Counted from the first letter of the stretch, positions 26,899 to 36,266 are shown. The stretch: 52,530 nt of DNA from an uncultured Polyangiaceae bacterium (GCA_964492175.1 CAZBJI010000014.1:301-52830); one strand, 5' to 3'. A program made the numbers and translations. Notes: generated by a model from the sequence alone, not told the origin.

Positions 26899-29558
26899 GT
26901 GGGCCTCCGATCCGGCACGACGCGGACCTGGACGCGGTAGGCGTCGTCCAGCTTGGTGGCCTTGTCGCCCTTGAACTTCGCCATGTCGGCGCGGAAGAGG
27001 TTCGCGCCGCGTAGGTCCGCGCCGTGGAGGAGAGCCTTCTGGAGGATCGTAGACATGAGGTTCGCGCTCGTGAGCTTGGCGCCGCGGAAGTCGGTCCGGA
27101 TGAGGATGCTCCCCTGGAGGTTGGCGCGGTAGAGGTTCGCGCCGGACAGATCGCACTCGGAGAGATCCACCTCGGGCATCTCGGCCCCTGTGAAGTCGGC
27201 GCCCTTCATGCTGGAGGTGCGGAAGCACGTCCGCAGCCAGCGGCTGCCCTTGAAGTCGGCGTCGTCGAACGCGCTCCCCATGACCGCCCGCGCGTTCTCG
27301 AGCTTGGCGCCCGCGAAGCTGCCCCCCACGACGTTGGTCTCGACGAACGTCGTCTCCTTCAGGACGGCGCCCCCGAAGCGCGCCTTCGGCAGCTTGCACC
27401 GGAGGAACACCGCCTCGACGAGGGAGCAGCCCTCGAAGCTGGCCTCGCTGAAATCCGCGTCCAAGAAGATCGCTTTGTCCAGGTTCGCGCCGCGGAAGGA
27501 CGCACCCACGCCGCGGGTCTCGTGGAACTGCGCTTGGACGAGCTTCGCCTCCTCCAGGGAGGCGCCCGAGAGATCGGCGCGCTCGAACACCGCTCCCGAG
27601 AGGTCCGCCCCGACGCCGAACCTGGTCCCGAGGACGCGGGCGGCGCCGAAGTTCACCCCGACGAGCTTCGCGCCGCCGAGGTCGGCTCGCTCCAGATCCG
27701 CCCGCGAGAGCGTGGCGCCCGAGAGGTCCGCGCCGCGCAGCGAGACGCCGCCGAGCAACGCGTGCTCGAGCATGGCCTCCCGGAGATCGACGCCCGAGAG
27801 GTCGAGGCCCGAGAGGTCGACCCAGGTGAGGTCGGCCTTCGCCAGCGAGGTCCGGTCCCCGAGGGCCGCCTCGACGCGCGCGCGCGCCTCCTGCGCTACG
27901 TCCGCCCCCCGGGGCTTCGCCGCGGGGAAATAGTGGGTGTACCGGCGGTAGGCGTCGAACAGCTGCTTCTCCACCGCGCGGAGCGACGCCTCGAACCCGG
28001 GATCGAGCGAGCGCGCCTCCTCGTCCGCGGTCAGGAAGCCGGCGTTCCTCCGGAGCTCCACGAGGCTCCTGATCCACTCGAGCTGCTTGTCGGCGGAGAA
28101 CTCCGGCGGCCCGCCCTTGTCCTTGCCGGCGAGGGCCTCGGGATCGAACGCGACACCCGAGCGGGCGAAGTCCGCCTTCAGGCGGGCGATCGTCGCTTCT
28201 CGCTCCTTCTCCGCCATGGCCTCGGCGTCCGCGCGGGTCGCCTCGGCGAGCTCGACCGCCTCGAGGATCTCCTGGGGTGTCTCGGGGGGCTTGGGGCTCG
28301 CCTTGCGATCGGGCACGAGGCGCTTCACCTCGGCCTCGGTGTGTCCGAAGGACCGGACGTGCTCGCGAGCCTGCTCGATCTGATGATCCGTGGCGGCCTC
28401 CATCCGCTTCGTGAGGATGTCGTCGCTCTTCACGAGGTCCACCATGTCGGAGGCCTGCACCGCGCTCTGCGGCTCGAGCGAGGCCGGCAACAGCGCGGCG
28501 TCGTCGAGGCTCCTCACGACGCCGAGCTTCGGATCTTCGCGCGACGCCCGGACCGCGAGGTACTCGGCCTGCGTCCGCTGCGTGCCTGCGTCTTCGAGGG
28601 CGCCGATGATGGCCGCCACGTCCTTCATGTCGTCGTCGGCGATCTCGCAGGTCCCGCGGTAGACGAGGACGCCCCGCAGGATGCCCGGGAGGAAGAACAG
28701 CGTGTCGAGCCGCGTGGCGACCTCCTGGACCACCTCGGCGCCGTCCTCCGCCTTCTTGACCACCAGGACGCGCGCGGAGACGCCCGGCAGCTCGCCCTCG
28801 ATCACGCGGTGCTCGGGGTGCATTCCCGTGAGCTCGAACCGCTCGTCACCGCGGAAGTGGCCCTTGATCCACTGGTCCTCGGGCGCCACGTTGTGAAACG
28901 ACCAGTCGAAGTCGGCCGCGACGTCGGGGAAGCGGGTCTTCAGCCACGCGTCGTCGTACGTACCGCTCTTCTTCATGCGCACGGGGGACTCGATGGAGAG
29001 GGGCGCGAAGCCGGCAGGCGAGGGCTTGTCCGACGCCGACTTCACCATGCGCTTCGGATCCTCCACGTTCGGGAGCGGGTGGACCTTCTTCCCGTCCACG
29101 TCGACCGGCTTCACGCCTCGTCCCACGGGGTTCGCGTCGAAGCCCTCCCCGCCGAAGGCGCGCTCCCAGGTGAGCGGCATGCGCTCGAACGGCGCTGGCG
29201 GCGTCATCCCGGCGAGCTCCCAACGCCGGTCCCCGATGACCGTGAGCTCCTTGTCGACGAGGTAGGCTGGCGCCGCGCCGACGCGCACGCGGACGGTCAC
29301 GGCCGCCGCCGGCTGACCGGCCTTGGCGTAGGCGCTGCCTCCCACGAGGACCTCGCCCTGCTTCTTGATCATCGCCTCGTCGAGCGGCGCGCCCTCGAGC
29401 TCCTCGACGGCCTCCTTCCAGAGGACGGCCTCGTGGTAGACGCGCCGGGGTCGCAGCAGGTCCACGAAGACGAAGGCCGAGATCACGAGGTGCACGCGCC
29501 CTTCGTTCTCGAAGGTGCGCGTGAGGATCGAGAGCTGCTGGGGCTTGAAGAGCTTCAA
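26895..29558 (-). CDS. DUF2169 N-terminal domain plus pentapeptide-repeat protein (T6SS adaptor-type)
   Basis: 887 aa. The N-terminus MKLFKPQQLSILTRTFENEGRVHLVISAFVFVDL is DUF2169-like. The C-terminal ~350 aa are pentapeptide repeats (ADLTWVDLSGLDLSGVDLREAML...). It starts 16 nt after the vgrG stop. Confidence 0.75.
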   Translation of the reverse strand: MKLFKPQQLSILTRTFENEGRVHLVISAFVFVDLLRPRRVYHEAVLWKEAVEELEGAPLDEAMIKKQGEVLVGGSAYAKAGQPAAAVTVRVRVGAAPAYLVDKELTVIGDRRWELAGMTPPAPFERMPLTWERAFGGEGFDANPVGRGVKPVDVDGKKVHPLPNVEDPKRMVKSASDKPSPAGFAPLSIESPVRMKKSGTYDDAWLKTRFPDVAADFDWSFHNVAPEDQWIKGHFRGDERFELTGMHPEHRVIEGELPGVSARVLVVKKAEDGAEVVQEVATRLDTLFFLPGILRGVLVYRGTCEIADDDMKDVAAIIGALEDAGTQRTQAEYLAVRASREDPKLGVVRSLDDAALLPASLEPQSAVQASDMVDLVKSDDILTKRMEAATDHQIEQAREHVRSFGHTEAEVKRLVPDRKASPKPPETPQEILEAVELAEATRADAEAMAEKEREATIARLKADFARSGVAFDPEALAGKDKGGPPEFSADKQLEWIRSLVELRRNAGFLTADEEARSLDPGFEASLRAVEKQLFDAYRRYTHYFPAAKPRGADVAQEARARVEAALGDRTSLAKADLTWVDLSGLDLSGVDLREAMLEHALLGGVSLRGADLSGATLSRADLERADLGGAKLVGVNFGAARVLGTRFGVGADLSGAVFERADLSGASLEEAKLVQAQFHETRGVGASFRGANLDKAIFLDADFSEASFEGCSLVEAVFLRCKLPKARFGGAVLKETTFVETNVVGGSFAGAKLENARAVMGSAFDDADFKGSRWLRTCFRTSSMKGADFTGAEMPEVDLSECDLSGANLYRANLQGSILIRTDFRGAKLTSANLMSTILQKALLHGADLRGANLFRADMAKFKGDKATKLDDAYRVQVRVVPDRRPT

Positions 29559-29574
29559 GGCGAGCCTTGGGCCG

Positions 29575-31923
29575 TCAGATGATCTTCATGCCCTGGAGGA
29601 TGTTCACGGCCTTGCCGGCCATCCACAGGACGCCCGTCTCGAGCTTCGCTTGCACCGACTGGGCCTTGAGCGGGTATTGGTCCGCGTAGATGGCGCCGAT
29701 GTCGAGCTGGACCGAGGCGTGGAGGCCGATCTTCACGCCGATGAAGCTCTCCAGCTTGAACACCTGGTTCAGCTCGATGTGCGCGCCCATGACCCCCTCG
29801 AACTTGAGGCCGATGCAGTACCCGGTGTCCCAGTGCTTGAGGCTGCTCTCGCCACCGTTCGATTGCTGCACCTGCCCCGACACGTTCACGGTGACGTTGG
29901 AGGTCACGTTCTGCGTGATGTTGGCCTGGACGATCTGCGTGTAGTTCTGCGAGACGTTCACGGTGACGTTGCCGACGACCACGTCGTTGCGGTTCCCCGT
30001 GACGTTCAGCGTGCGGTTGCCCGTCACGTCGATCTGCTGGTTCCCGCCGACCTCCAGCTTGTAGTCGGTCCCGACCTTCGTCGACTGCTTCTGGCCGATG
30101 CTCACCGTCTCGTTGTCGGAGATGGTGACCTTGTGCTCCTTGTCGACCTCCTCGTGGAGGTTCTGCACCGTGGTCTTCTGCGCCTTGTACGTCTCGGTGA
30201 CCTGGTCGAGGACGTCCTCCTTCTTGGTGCTCTCGAAGCGCTCCTCGACGTACTTCTGGATGGTCTCCTTCTTGTAGCCGCAGACCAGCGTGTCCCAGTG
30301 CTCCCCCACCTCCGCGTCCCAGAAGCCGTGGATGCGGAAGTCGGTGTTCCGGCCCGAGAACCAGAGGCCGCGATCGTCGGTCTTCAGGATCATCTCGTGG
30401 TCGTCGTTGGGGGCGCCCATCCGGATGTAGGTGTTCGAGTACGGCGTGGACAGCGTGACGCGCTGCTGCCCGGAGAGGTCCTCCAGCTCGAAGCGGTTGC
30501 GGCCGCCGGTCTGGATCACGTTCTTCGTGTGGTTGCCGCTGGTGACGGGGCTGGGCGTGACCGCGTTCGGGATCGCGCCTGCGATCACCGGCCGGTCCGG
30601 ATCCCCGCCGAGGTAGAGGAAGACCACCTCCGTGCCCTTGCGGAGGGGGAAGTGCCAGCCTTCCACGGCGCCCGCGTGGGGCTGCATCATCCGGACGAAG
30701 GTGGACGCCTTGCCGTCCTTGAGCGTCCCCTCGTCGAACTTGAACTTCACGTTGTACCGTCCCAAGTCGTCGATCTGCGCGTACTCGCTGGTCGCCGGGC
30801 CGTCGACCACGCCGTTCTCGTAGCCGTCCACCCGCGGCCACGGCGTGCGGCACGGGTGGCGGTACTGGAGATCCGCGGAGATGCCCGAGACCTCCACCCG
30901 ATAGACGTCGTCGTGCGTGTGAGGCACCACGTTGCCCCAGGCCCCGGCGACCTCCGCGACGAAGCCGAAGTGCTCGATGGCCGTCGCGAGGTACTCCTTG
31001 TTGAGCGCCGAGCGCGGGTGCTCCGAGAGGAGGAACCTGAAGCCGGACGAGAGCCGCGCCGCGGCGCCCTCCGCGTGGCAGGTCGCCCCCTGGGCGCGGA
31101 GCTCCTCGGCGCGCAGCGTGGCCATGCGCGCCCCGTCCGCGGGAGAGAAGAAGCGCACGCCGTAGTCCCGGACCTCCCCGAACCCGTTCGGAGATACGTT
31201 CGCCGACCCCGAGACGTCGAGCGCCGGCTTCGCGTAGTCGTAATCCATGAGCTTGATCTTGGCCGGCAAGCTCGTCGTCTTCACCGTGAAGAGGTCGAAG
31301 TGCGCCCCGGCGCTCTGATCTTTGCCCGTCGTGGGGTGGTAGGGGATCGCCGCCTTCGGCGAGGCCTGGTGGGCCGACAGGTGGTCGGCGATGACGAGCT
31401 TCTCGCCGTCCTCGGTCTGCTCGAAGAAGTAGTACATCCCCTCGCGCTCCATCCACCGCTGGATGAAGTCGAGGGAGCTCTCCTTGTACTGGCAGATGTG
31501 CTCCTCGGTGTCGTAGGAGGCGTTGAGCCGGAGCTCGTAGTCCGCGATGCCCTCGTCCTCCAGGATGGCCTCGATGACCTCGGGCGCCGTCTTCTTCGTG
31601 AAGATGCGGCTGTGCTTCGTGAGCGAGAGCTGCCAGAGCTGGGGGACGATGCGCGCCTTGTAGAGCGTGTTGCCCTCGACGGCGCGGAGCACCTCGAACG
31701 ACGAGAGGATCCCCGCGAAGCTCGAGACCGGCAGCCCGCCGTCCTCGAGCACGAGGGTGGCCTTCGATCCCACGGCGTCCTCGGGCTCCACGTCCGTGTC
31801 CCCGAGCACGTTCACGTAGACGTCGAACACGTAGGGGCGCGAGATCCCCTCGCTGCCTCGGAAGCCCGCCACCGTCGCGTTGGCCGGCAGCGCGCCGGAC
31901 CGCACCGAGAACTTGAGCGCCAT
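29575..31923 (-). CDS. vgrG: type VI secretion system spike protein VgrG
   Basis: 782 aa. The N-terminal gp27-like region includes the conserved motifs GISRPYVFDVYV and IFTKKTAPEVIEAILEDEGI. The middle is a gp5-like OB/beta-helix region with NVTVNVSQNYTQIVQANITQNVTSNVTVNV repeats. There are no T6SS core genes (tssB/C, hcp, clpV) in the window, so this is an orphan vgrG island. Confidence 0.85.
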   Translation of the reverse strand: MALKFSVRSGALPANATVAGFRGSEGISRPYVFDVYVNVLGDTDVEPEDAVGSKATLVLEDGGLPVSSFAGILSSFEVLRAVEGNTLYKARIVPQLWQLSLTKHSRIFTKKTAPEVIEAILEDEGIADYELRLNASYDTEEHICQYKESSLDFIQRWMEREGMYYFFEQTEDGEKLVIADHLSAHQASPKAAIPYHPTTGKDQSAGAHFDLFTVKTTSLPAKIKLMDYDYAKPALDVSGSANVSPNGFGEVRDYGVRFFSPADGARMATLRAEELRAQGATCHAEGAAARLSSGFRFLLSEHPRSALNKEYLATAIEHFGFVAEVAGAWGNVVPHTHDDVYRVEVSGISADLQYRHPCRTPWPRVDGYENGVVDGPATSEYAQIDDLGRYNVKFKFDEGTLKDGKASTFVRMMQPHAGAVEGWHFPLRKGTEVVFLYLGGDPDRPVIAGAIPNAVTPSPVTSGNHTKNVIQTGGRNRFELEDLSGQQRVTLSTPYSNTYIRMGAPNDDHEMILKTDDRGLWFSGRNTDFRIHGFWDAEVGEHWDTLVCGYKKETIQKYVEERFESTKKEDVLDQVTETYKAQKTTVQNLHEEVDKEHKVTISDNETVSIGQKQSTKVGTDYKLEVGGNQQIDVTGNRTLNVTGNRNDVVVGNVTVNVSQNYTQIVQANITQNVTSNVTVNVSGQVQQSNGGESSLKHWDTGYCIGLKFEGVMGAHIELNQVFKLESFIGVKIGLHASVQLDIGAIYADQYPLKAQSVQAKLETGVLWMAGKAVNILQGMKII

Positions 31924-31988
31924 GCGCCCCAGGGTACGGAGATCCGAGCGCCGTTCCTACCCTCTCGGCCGCCCTCCGGACGACCGAG

Positions 31989-33050
31989 ATGGATCCCCCG
32001 TGCATCACGGCGATAGGATGCGAGTCCGTGCTCTCCGCCGACGTGCGCTTCGAGGGCTTCACCCAGACGGACTGGACGCGCTTTCTGTCCTTGTTCCGGC
32101 CACGCGGCCCGAGCGGGCAGGAGCGTGATCCGGACCGCCCGCGGGGCGGTGTGATCGCTCTCGTAGGGGGGGGGCGGCTCCGCAAGCTCGTTCACACCGA
32201 GGTGGGGCGCCTGCGCCTCGACGACGCGATCGAGGACTGGCCGCTGGGCGTGGAGGAGCTCGCCAGGCGGAGCAACGCGAGCTTCGCGCTCTCGATCGAG
32301 GTCGGGGCCCTCGAGAGCGTGATGGAGAGGTTCGGGGCCAAGCTCCGCCGCGGCGACGACCTGACCGCGCAGGCGCTGCTCCTCGTGTCGATCGTGCGCG
32401 AGGAGATACAGGCGGGCAGGATCGTCTCGTGGCCCGCCCGGCTCGCAGGCGTCCCGGTCCCCACGGTCGGCATGGTGGACGGGACGCTCGACGCGGTCTG
32501 CGGGCGCGGCCAGTCCATCGGGCTCGGCTTGTTCGACGGAGGGGACCTCTGGACCAGCGTGGCCCTGCGGCGGGGACAGGGAGGCGGCTTCGACTGGATC
32601 CTCGGCCCCGACGAGGTTCGGCGCGAGATGGGCCTGCTCGCGGGGGACTGGCGGAGGGACTACCGCCACCTCGCCCGGGCGCTCGAGCGCAAGGTCGGGC
32701 CGCTCGCCCTCGGTCTCTACGCGGAGATGCGGACGTTCCGTGAGCTCGAGGTGGACCCGACGCCGGGCGCCTGGGCCAAGGCGGTCGCGATCCGCGACGT
32801 GATCCTGTCGCCGGTGCCGCTCGCGCTCACGGTCCCGCTCGGCGTCGACGCCGGCCGCGCGGCGTTCTCGGCGCTTCTCGGCCTCGCCGAGCGCGCGCAG
32901 GGGCTCGGCCTGCTGAGCCCCGCGCTGGCGGCGGTGCGCGCCACGGCAGGGCAGGTCGCCGACGCGCTCGGGCTAGAGCAAACGCCGCAGGGGAGGCTGG
33001 GCTTCGATCCGCTCGAGATCCTCCGAAGGCTCGTGGCCCGTGACTCCTAG
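31989..33050 (+). CDS. hypothetical protein
   Basis: 353 aa with strong GC3 bias. It is divergent from vgrG and co-directional with the downstream plsC-like gene. It contains a G9 homopolymer at 32166..32174 that encodes GGG. Confidence 0.45.
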   Translation: MDPPCITAIGCESVLSADVRFEGFTQTDWTRFLSLFRPRGPSGQERDPDRPRGGVIALVGGGRLRKLVHTEVGRLRLDDAIEDWPLGVEELARRSNASFALSIEVGALESVMERFGAKLRRGDDLTAQALLLVSIVREEIQAGRIVSWPARLAGVPVPTVGMVDGTLDAVCGRGQSIGLGLFDGGDLWTSVALRRGQGGGFDWILGPDEVRREMGLLAGDWRRDYRHLARALERKVGPLALGLYAEMRTFRELEVDPTPGAWAKAVAIRDVILSPVPLALTVPLGVDAGRAAFSALLGLAERAQGLGLLSPALAAVRATAGQVADALGLEQTPQGRLGFDPLEILRRLVARDS

Positions 33051-34407
33051 CCCGCCGTCCCTGCTGTACCGGGCGCTCCGCGCGACGGTGCGCGCCGCCG
33101 TCCGGGTGTTCTACGGGAGCGTCGAGGTCACGGGCCTCGAGCACCTCGATCGTGCCGCGCCCACGATCCTCGCGTGCAACCACCCCAACTCCGTCGTGGA
33201 TCCGCTGCTCCTCGGGACGTTCGAAGAGCGCCAGGTCACGTTCTGCGCGCGCGATGGGCTGTTCAAAGTCCCCGTGTTCGGCGGCCTCCTGCGCGCCGTC
33301 GGCGCAGTGCCCATCCGCCGGCGCTCCGACGCTGGGACCTCCACCGTGGACAACGCCGACGCCTTCACCGCGTGTCACGCCGTCCTGGCGCGTGGCGGCG
33401 TGATGGCGATCTTCCCCGAGGGCAAGACCCACGGCCACCTCCGCATCGAGCCCCTGAAGACGGGGACGGCGCGCATCGCCATCGGCGCCGAGAGCGCCCA
33501 CCCCGGCCTCGGGATCAAGATCGTTCCGGTCGGCATCACGTACTTGGTGAGGCACGCGTTCCGGAGCGACGTCCACGTGGCGTTCGGCAAGCCGATCCAC
33601 GTGGACGGGGATGTCTCGGCGCAGGGGGAGGCCGAGGGCGTGAAGTCGCTCACGGCGCGCGTCGGGGAGGCGCTGCGCGAGCTCGCCGTCCACATCGAGC
33701 ACACCGAGGACGAGCGGCTGATCGCGCAGGTGACGGCGATCGTCGTCGGCATCCGCAGCGACGAGGGGCTCGACGAGGGGGGGCAGTCACCCGCCGAGAG
33801 GACCGCGCTCGTCCGCCGCGTGATCGACGCGTACCGGTGGCTTTCGGAGATCGATCCGCCCAAGACGGCGGAGCTGCGCGCGCGCCTCGACGCCTACATG
33901 GAGGAGCGCGAGGACCTGGGCCTCGGAGGGGAGCGCCCAGCGCTGCAGCACCGCGGGGAGGGCGGGCGAAGGCTCCGCGGGGCTGCGCGGACTGCGTTCC
34001 TCGTCCTCGGCGCGCCCCTCGCCGCGTTCGGGCTCCTGACGAGCCTGCCCCCGTACGTGCTCCTCCGGCTCGTGATGCGCCCGCTCCGGCTGAGCACCGA
34101 CCGCATCGCGCTCTTCAAGCTCCTCGGAGGCGCGGCCGTGTTCGGCGCCGCGTACGCCGCAGAGGTCCTGTGGGTCTCGCGCTCCTTCGCCCCATGGATC
34201 GCGGGTGTCTTCGGCGCTGCGCTCGTGCCCGCTGCGCTGGTCGCGCGCCGCTACGCCATCGAGACGCGCCTCCACCGGCTCCAGCTGAGGAGCATCCGGG
34301 CGTGGCGAGAGAAGGCTCGCCTCGAGGCGCTGCGCCAGGAGAGGAAGGCGCTCGCAGAGGAGCTGGCCGAGCTGCGGCGGCGGTACCTGGCCGCGCATCC
34401 GGCGTGA
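33040..34407 (+). CDS. 1-acyl-sn-glycerol-3-phosphate acyltransferase family (PlsC-like lysophospholipid acyltransferase) with a C-terminal membrane region
   Basis: The NHPNSVVDP (NHx4D) catalytic motif, FPEGKTH and a later VPVGI motif are all present, as are C-terminal hydrophobic segments. It is 455 aa. Confidence 0.8.
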   Translation: MTPSPPSLLYRALRATVRAAVRVFYGSVEVTGLEHLDRAAPTILACNHPNSVVDPLLLGTFEERQVTFCARDGLFKVPVFGGLLRAVGAVPIRRRSDAGTSTVDNADAFTACHAVLARGGVMAIFPEGKTHGHLRIEPLKTGTARIAIGAESAHPGLGIKIVPVGITYLVRHAFRSDVHVAFGKPIHVDGDVSAQGEAEGVKSLTARVGEALRELAVHIEHTEDERLIAQVTAIVVGIRSDEGLDEGGQSPAERTALVRRVIDAYRWLSEIDPPKTAELRARLDAYMEEREDLGLGGERPALQHRGEGGRRLRGAARTAFLVLGAPLAAFGLLTSLPPYVLLRLVMRPLRLSTDRIALFKLLGGAAVFGAAYAAEVLWVSRSFAPWIAGVFGAALVPAALVARRYAIETRLHRLQLRSIRAWREKARLEALRQERKALAEELAELRRRYLAAHPA

Positions 34408-34420
34408 GGGTCCCAAGCGG

Positions 34421-34867
34421 TCAGCGGGATCCTTCCGCGAACAGCTTCCACGCCGGCTCCGCCACGCCGACGACCGCGCGGCTGCCGTCCCGCACGATCG
34501 GCGTGCGGAGGAGCAGGGGGTCCTCGAGGAAGAGCTGGAGCAGCCGATCGTCGTCGAGGAGGGCGTGGGCGAGGCCTCTCTGCTTCACGCGGGGGCTCGA
34601 CGCGTCGTAGAGCTCGTTCAACCCTCCGACGGCCCTCGCCACGCTCTCGAGCTCGCCCTTCGAGAGGCCCTTCACGGAGAGGTCGACCGACTGGACCCGG
34701 ACCCGCCTGTCGGAGAAGAACCGCTGCGCGGCGCGCGTGCCTTTGCACTTCGAGGTCCCAAAGATCTGAATCACCACGGCAAGATAGCAGCCGAGACGCG
34801 GCACGGAGCCTTGCTGCGGTCCCGAGCGACAGATCCTTCGCGGGCGCCGGCCGTCTGGGTGCCTCAT
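34421..34867 (-). CDS. ArsC/Spx/YffB-family protein (thioredoxin-fold arsenate-reductase-like)
   Basis: This is the C-terminal ~148 aa of track ORF 34421..35182. The conserved VVIQIFGTSKCKGTRAAQRFFSDRRVRVQSVDL core is present. The N-terminal part of the track ORF is low-complexity shadow. The start could be the ATG at 34867 or the downstream GTG. Confidence 0.6.
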   Translation of the reverse strand: MRHPDGRRPRRICRSGPQQGSVPRLGCYLAVVIQIFGTSKCKGTRAAQRFFSDRRVRVQSVDLSVKGLSKGELESVARAVGGLNELYDASSPRVKQRGLAHALLDDDRLLQLFLEDPLLLRTPIVRDGSRAVVGVAEPAWKLFAEGSR

Positions 34868-36266
34868 GAGAACGCGCGGGAAGCTGGGCTGGATCGGGGC
34901 GTGGGCGATGGTGACCGTGACCGCCGGGTGTTGGGAGGCCGCCTCGCGGGACGAAGCGCCGGCGACGGCCGAGCTGAAGGACGACGGCGCGGGCACCTCG
35001 CCCACCGAGGCGGAGGCGCACCTCTCCGCGCGGGATGAAGCGCGCTCTGGAGGCGGTGGGAGGTTGCTCGACGTGGTCGCGCCCGCAGCGACCGCCGCGG
35101 CCCGCGTGGCCGAGTCCGCGCCGGGCGGCGCCGCGGCGGAGGTGCTCCTCTCGGGCGTGAAGAGCGGCGAGTGGGACGACAACGCGAACTACCGCGACTT
35201 CCTCGGTTACCTCCGCACGGCCCCGCTGGGCGGCCAAGTCGACGTGTCGAAGCGTCGCTTCGTGGTGGTGCGCGACGTGGACGGTCGGCCGGTCCCGAAC
35301 TGCGCTGTCGAGCTCAGGCATGACGACCGAGTCACGCGGCTCGTGACCACGTCCTCGGGGCGGGCCCTCTTCTTCCCCGGCGCCGAGGGTGGGCCGACTC
35401 GGCGCGTGCGCGCGGCGACTGCCTGCGCCGGGGGCGCGGACGCGAGCTTCGACGTCGAGCACCAGGACGGGATGGTCGAGCTGCACACGGCCGCGCCGCG
35501 CGAGCTCGGCGATGACCGGACGGTGGATCTCGTGTTCGTGCTCGACACCACGGGGTCGATGTCCGAGGAGATCGCGGCTCTCGTCGCGACCATCGAGAAG
35601 GTGACCGAGATGCTCGCGAAGGAGCGGGTGAGCGCGCGGCTCGGCCTCGTCGAGTACAAGGATCGGGGCGACGTCTACCGCACGCAGAAGACGGCCTTCA
35701 CCACGGACGTAGGCGCGTTCCTCCAGACCCTGCGGCGCGTCCATGCGAGCGGCGGCGGGGATCTCCCCGAGGACATGAACGAGGGCCTCCGCGTCGCGGT
35801 CGAGGAGATGGCGTGGGAGAAGGAGAGCGTGGCGCGGCTGGCGTTCGTGATCGCCGACGCTCCCCCCCACCTCGACTACCAGGACGGGCGTCCATTCCAG
35901 GTGTCCGCGCTGGCCGCGAACCACGCGGGGATCGTCGTCCACACCGTGGCGGCGTCGGGGATGGACGGAGTCGGTCAGTCCGTGTTCCGGCAGGTCGCCC
36001 AGCTCACCGGTGGCTCCACGATGTTCGTGCTGCGCGGAGGAGCGGGCAAGAGCTCCGTGGGCGGCGGCGACCCGAGGTCCAGCTGCGGCGGAGCGCACCA
36101 GAGCTACAAGAGCGGCGACCTCCATCAGCTCGTCTCGAACAAGGTGTACGCCGCCATCAGCGCGGTCGACCGCGATCCCACGAAGATCGCCGGCCTCGCC
36201 AAGGACGAGGACGCGAAGCCCTGCGCCGAGCGCGTGCAGCAGGTCGTGTGGACCCCGGGGCGCTGA
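34866..36266 (+). CDS. von Willebrand factor type A (VWA) domain lipoprotein
   Basis: Signal peptide and lipobox VTVTAGC. The MIDAS motif DLVFVLDTTGSMS is present, with a later VIADAPPH region. It is 466 aa. Confidence 0.75.
   Translation: MRTRGKLGWIGAWAMVTVTAGCWEAASRDEAPATAELKDDGAGTSPTEAEAHLSARDEARSGGGGRLLDVVAPAATAAARVAESAPGGAAAEVLLSGVKSGEWDDNANYRDFLGYLRTAPLGGQVDVSKRRFVVVRDVDGRPVPNCAVELRHDDRVTRLVTTSSGRALFFPGAEGGPTRRVRAATACAGGADASFDVEHQDGMVELHTAAPRELGDDRTVDLVFVLDTTGSMSEEIAALVATIEKVTEMLAKERVSARLGLVEYKDRGDVYRTQKTAFTTDVGAFLQTLRRVHASGGGDLPEDMNEGLRVAVEEMAWEKESVARLAFVIADAPPHLDYQDGRPFQVSALAANHAGIVVHTVAASGMDGVGQSVFRQVAQLTGGSTMFVLRGGAGKSSVGGGDPRSSCGGAHQSYKSGDLHQLVSNKVYAAISAVDRDPTKIAGLAKDEDAKPCAERVQQVVWTPGR

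Noticed and set aside
25804-29582. + strand ORFs 25804..26940 (378 aa) and 27024..29582 (852 aa) opposite the pentapeptide-repeat genes
   Set aside because: Antisense of pentapeptide repeats gives long open frames rich in E/R/G/L/V. The minus-strand frames carry the A(D/N)LxG repeats and the DUF2169 N-terminus.
29515-32185. 833-aa + ORF and 876-aa minus ORF overlapping vgrG
   Set aside because: Both are alternate or antisense frames of the VgrG gene (R/G/H/D-rich). The VgrG frame has the conserved gp27/gp5-like motifs.
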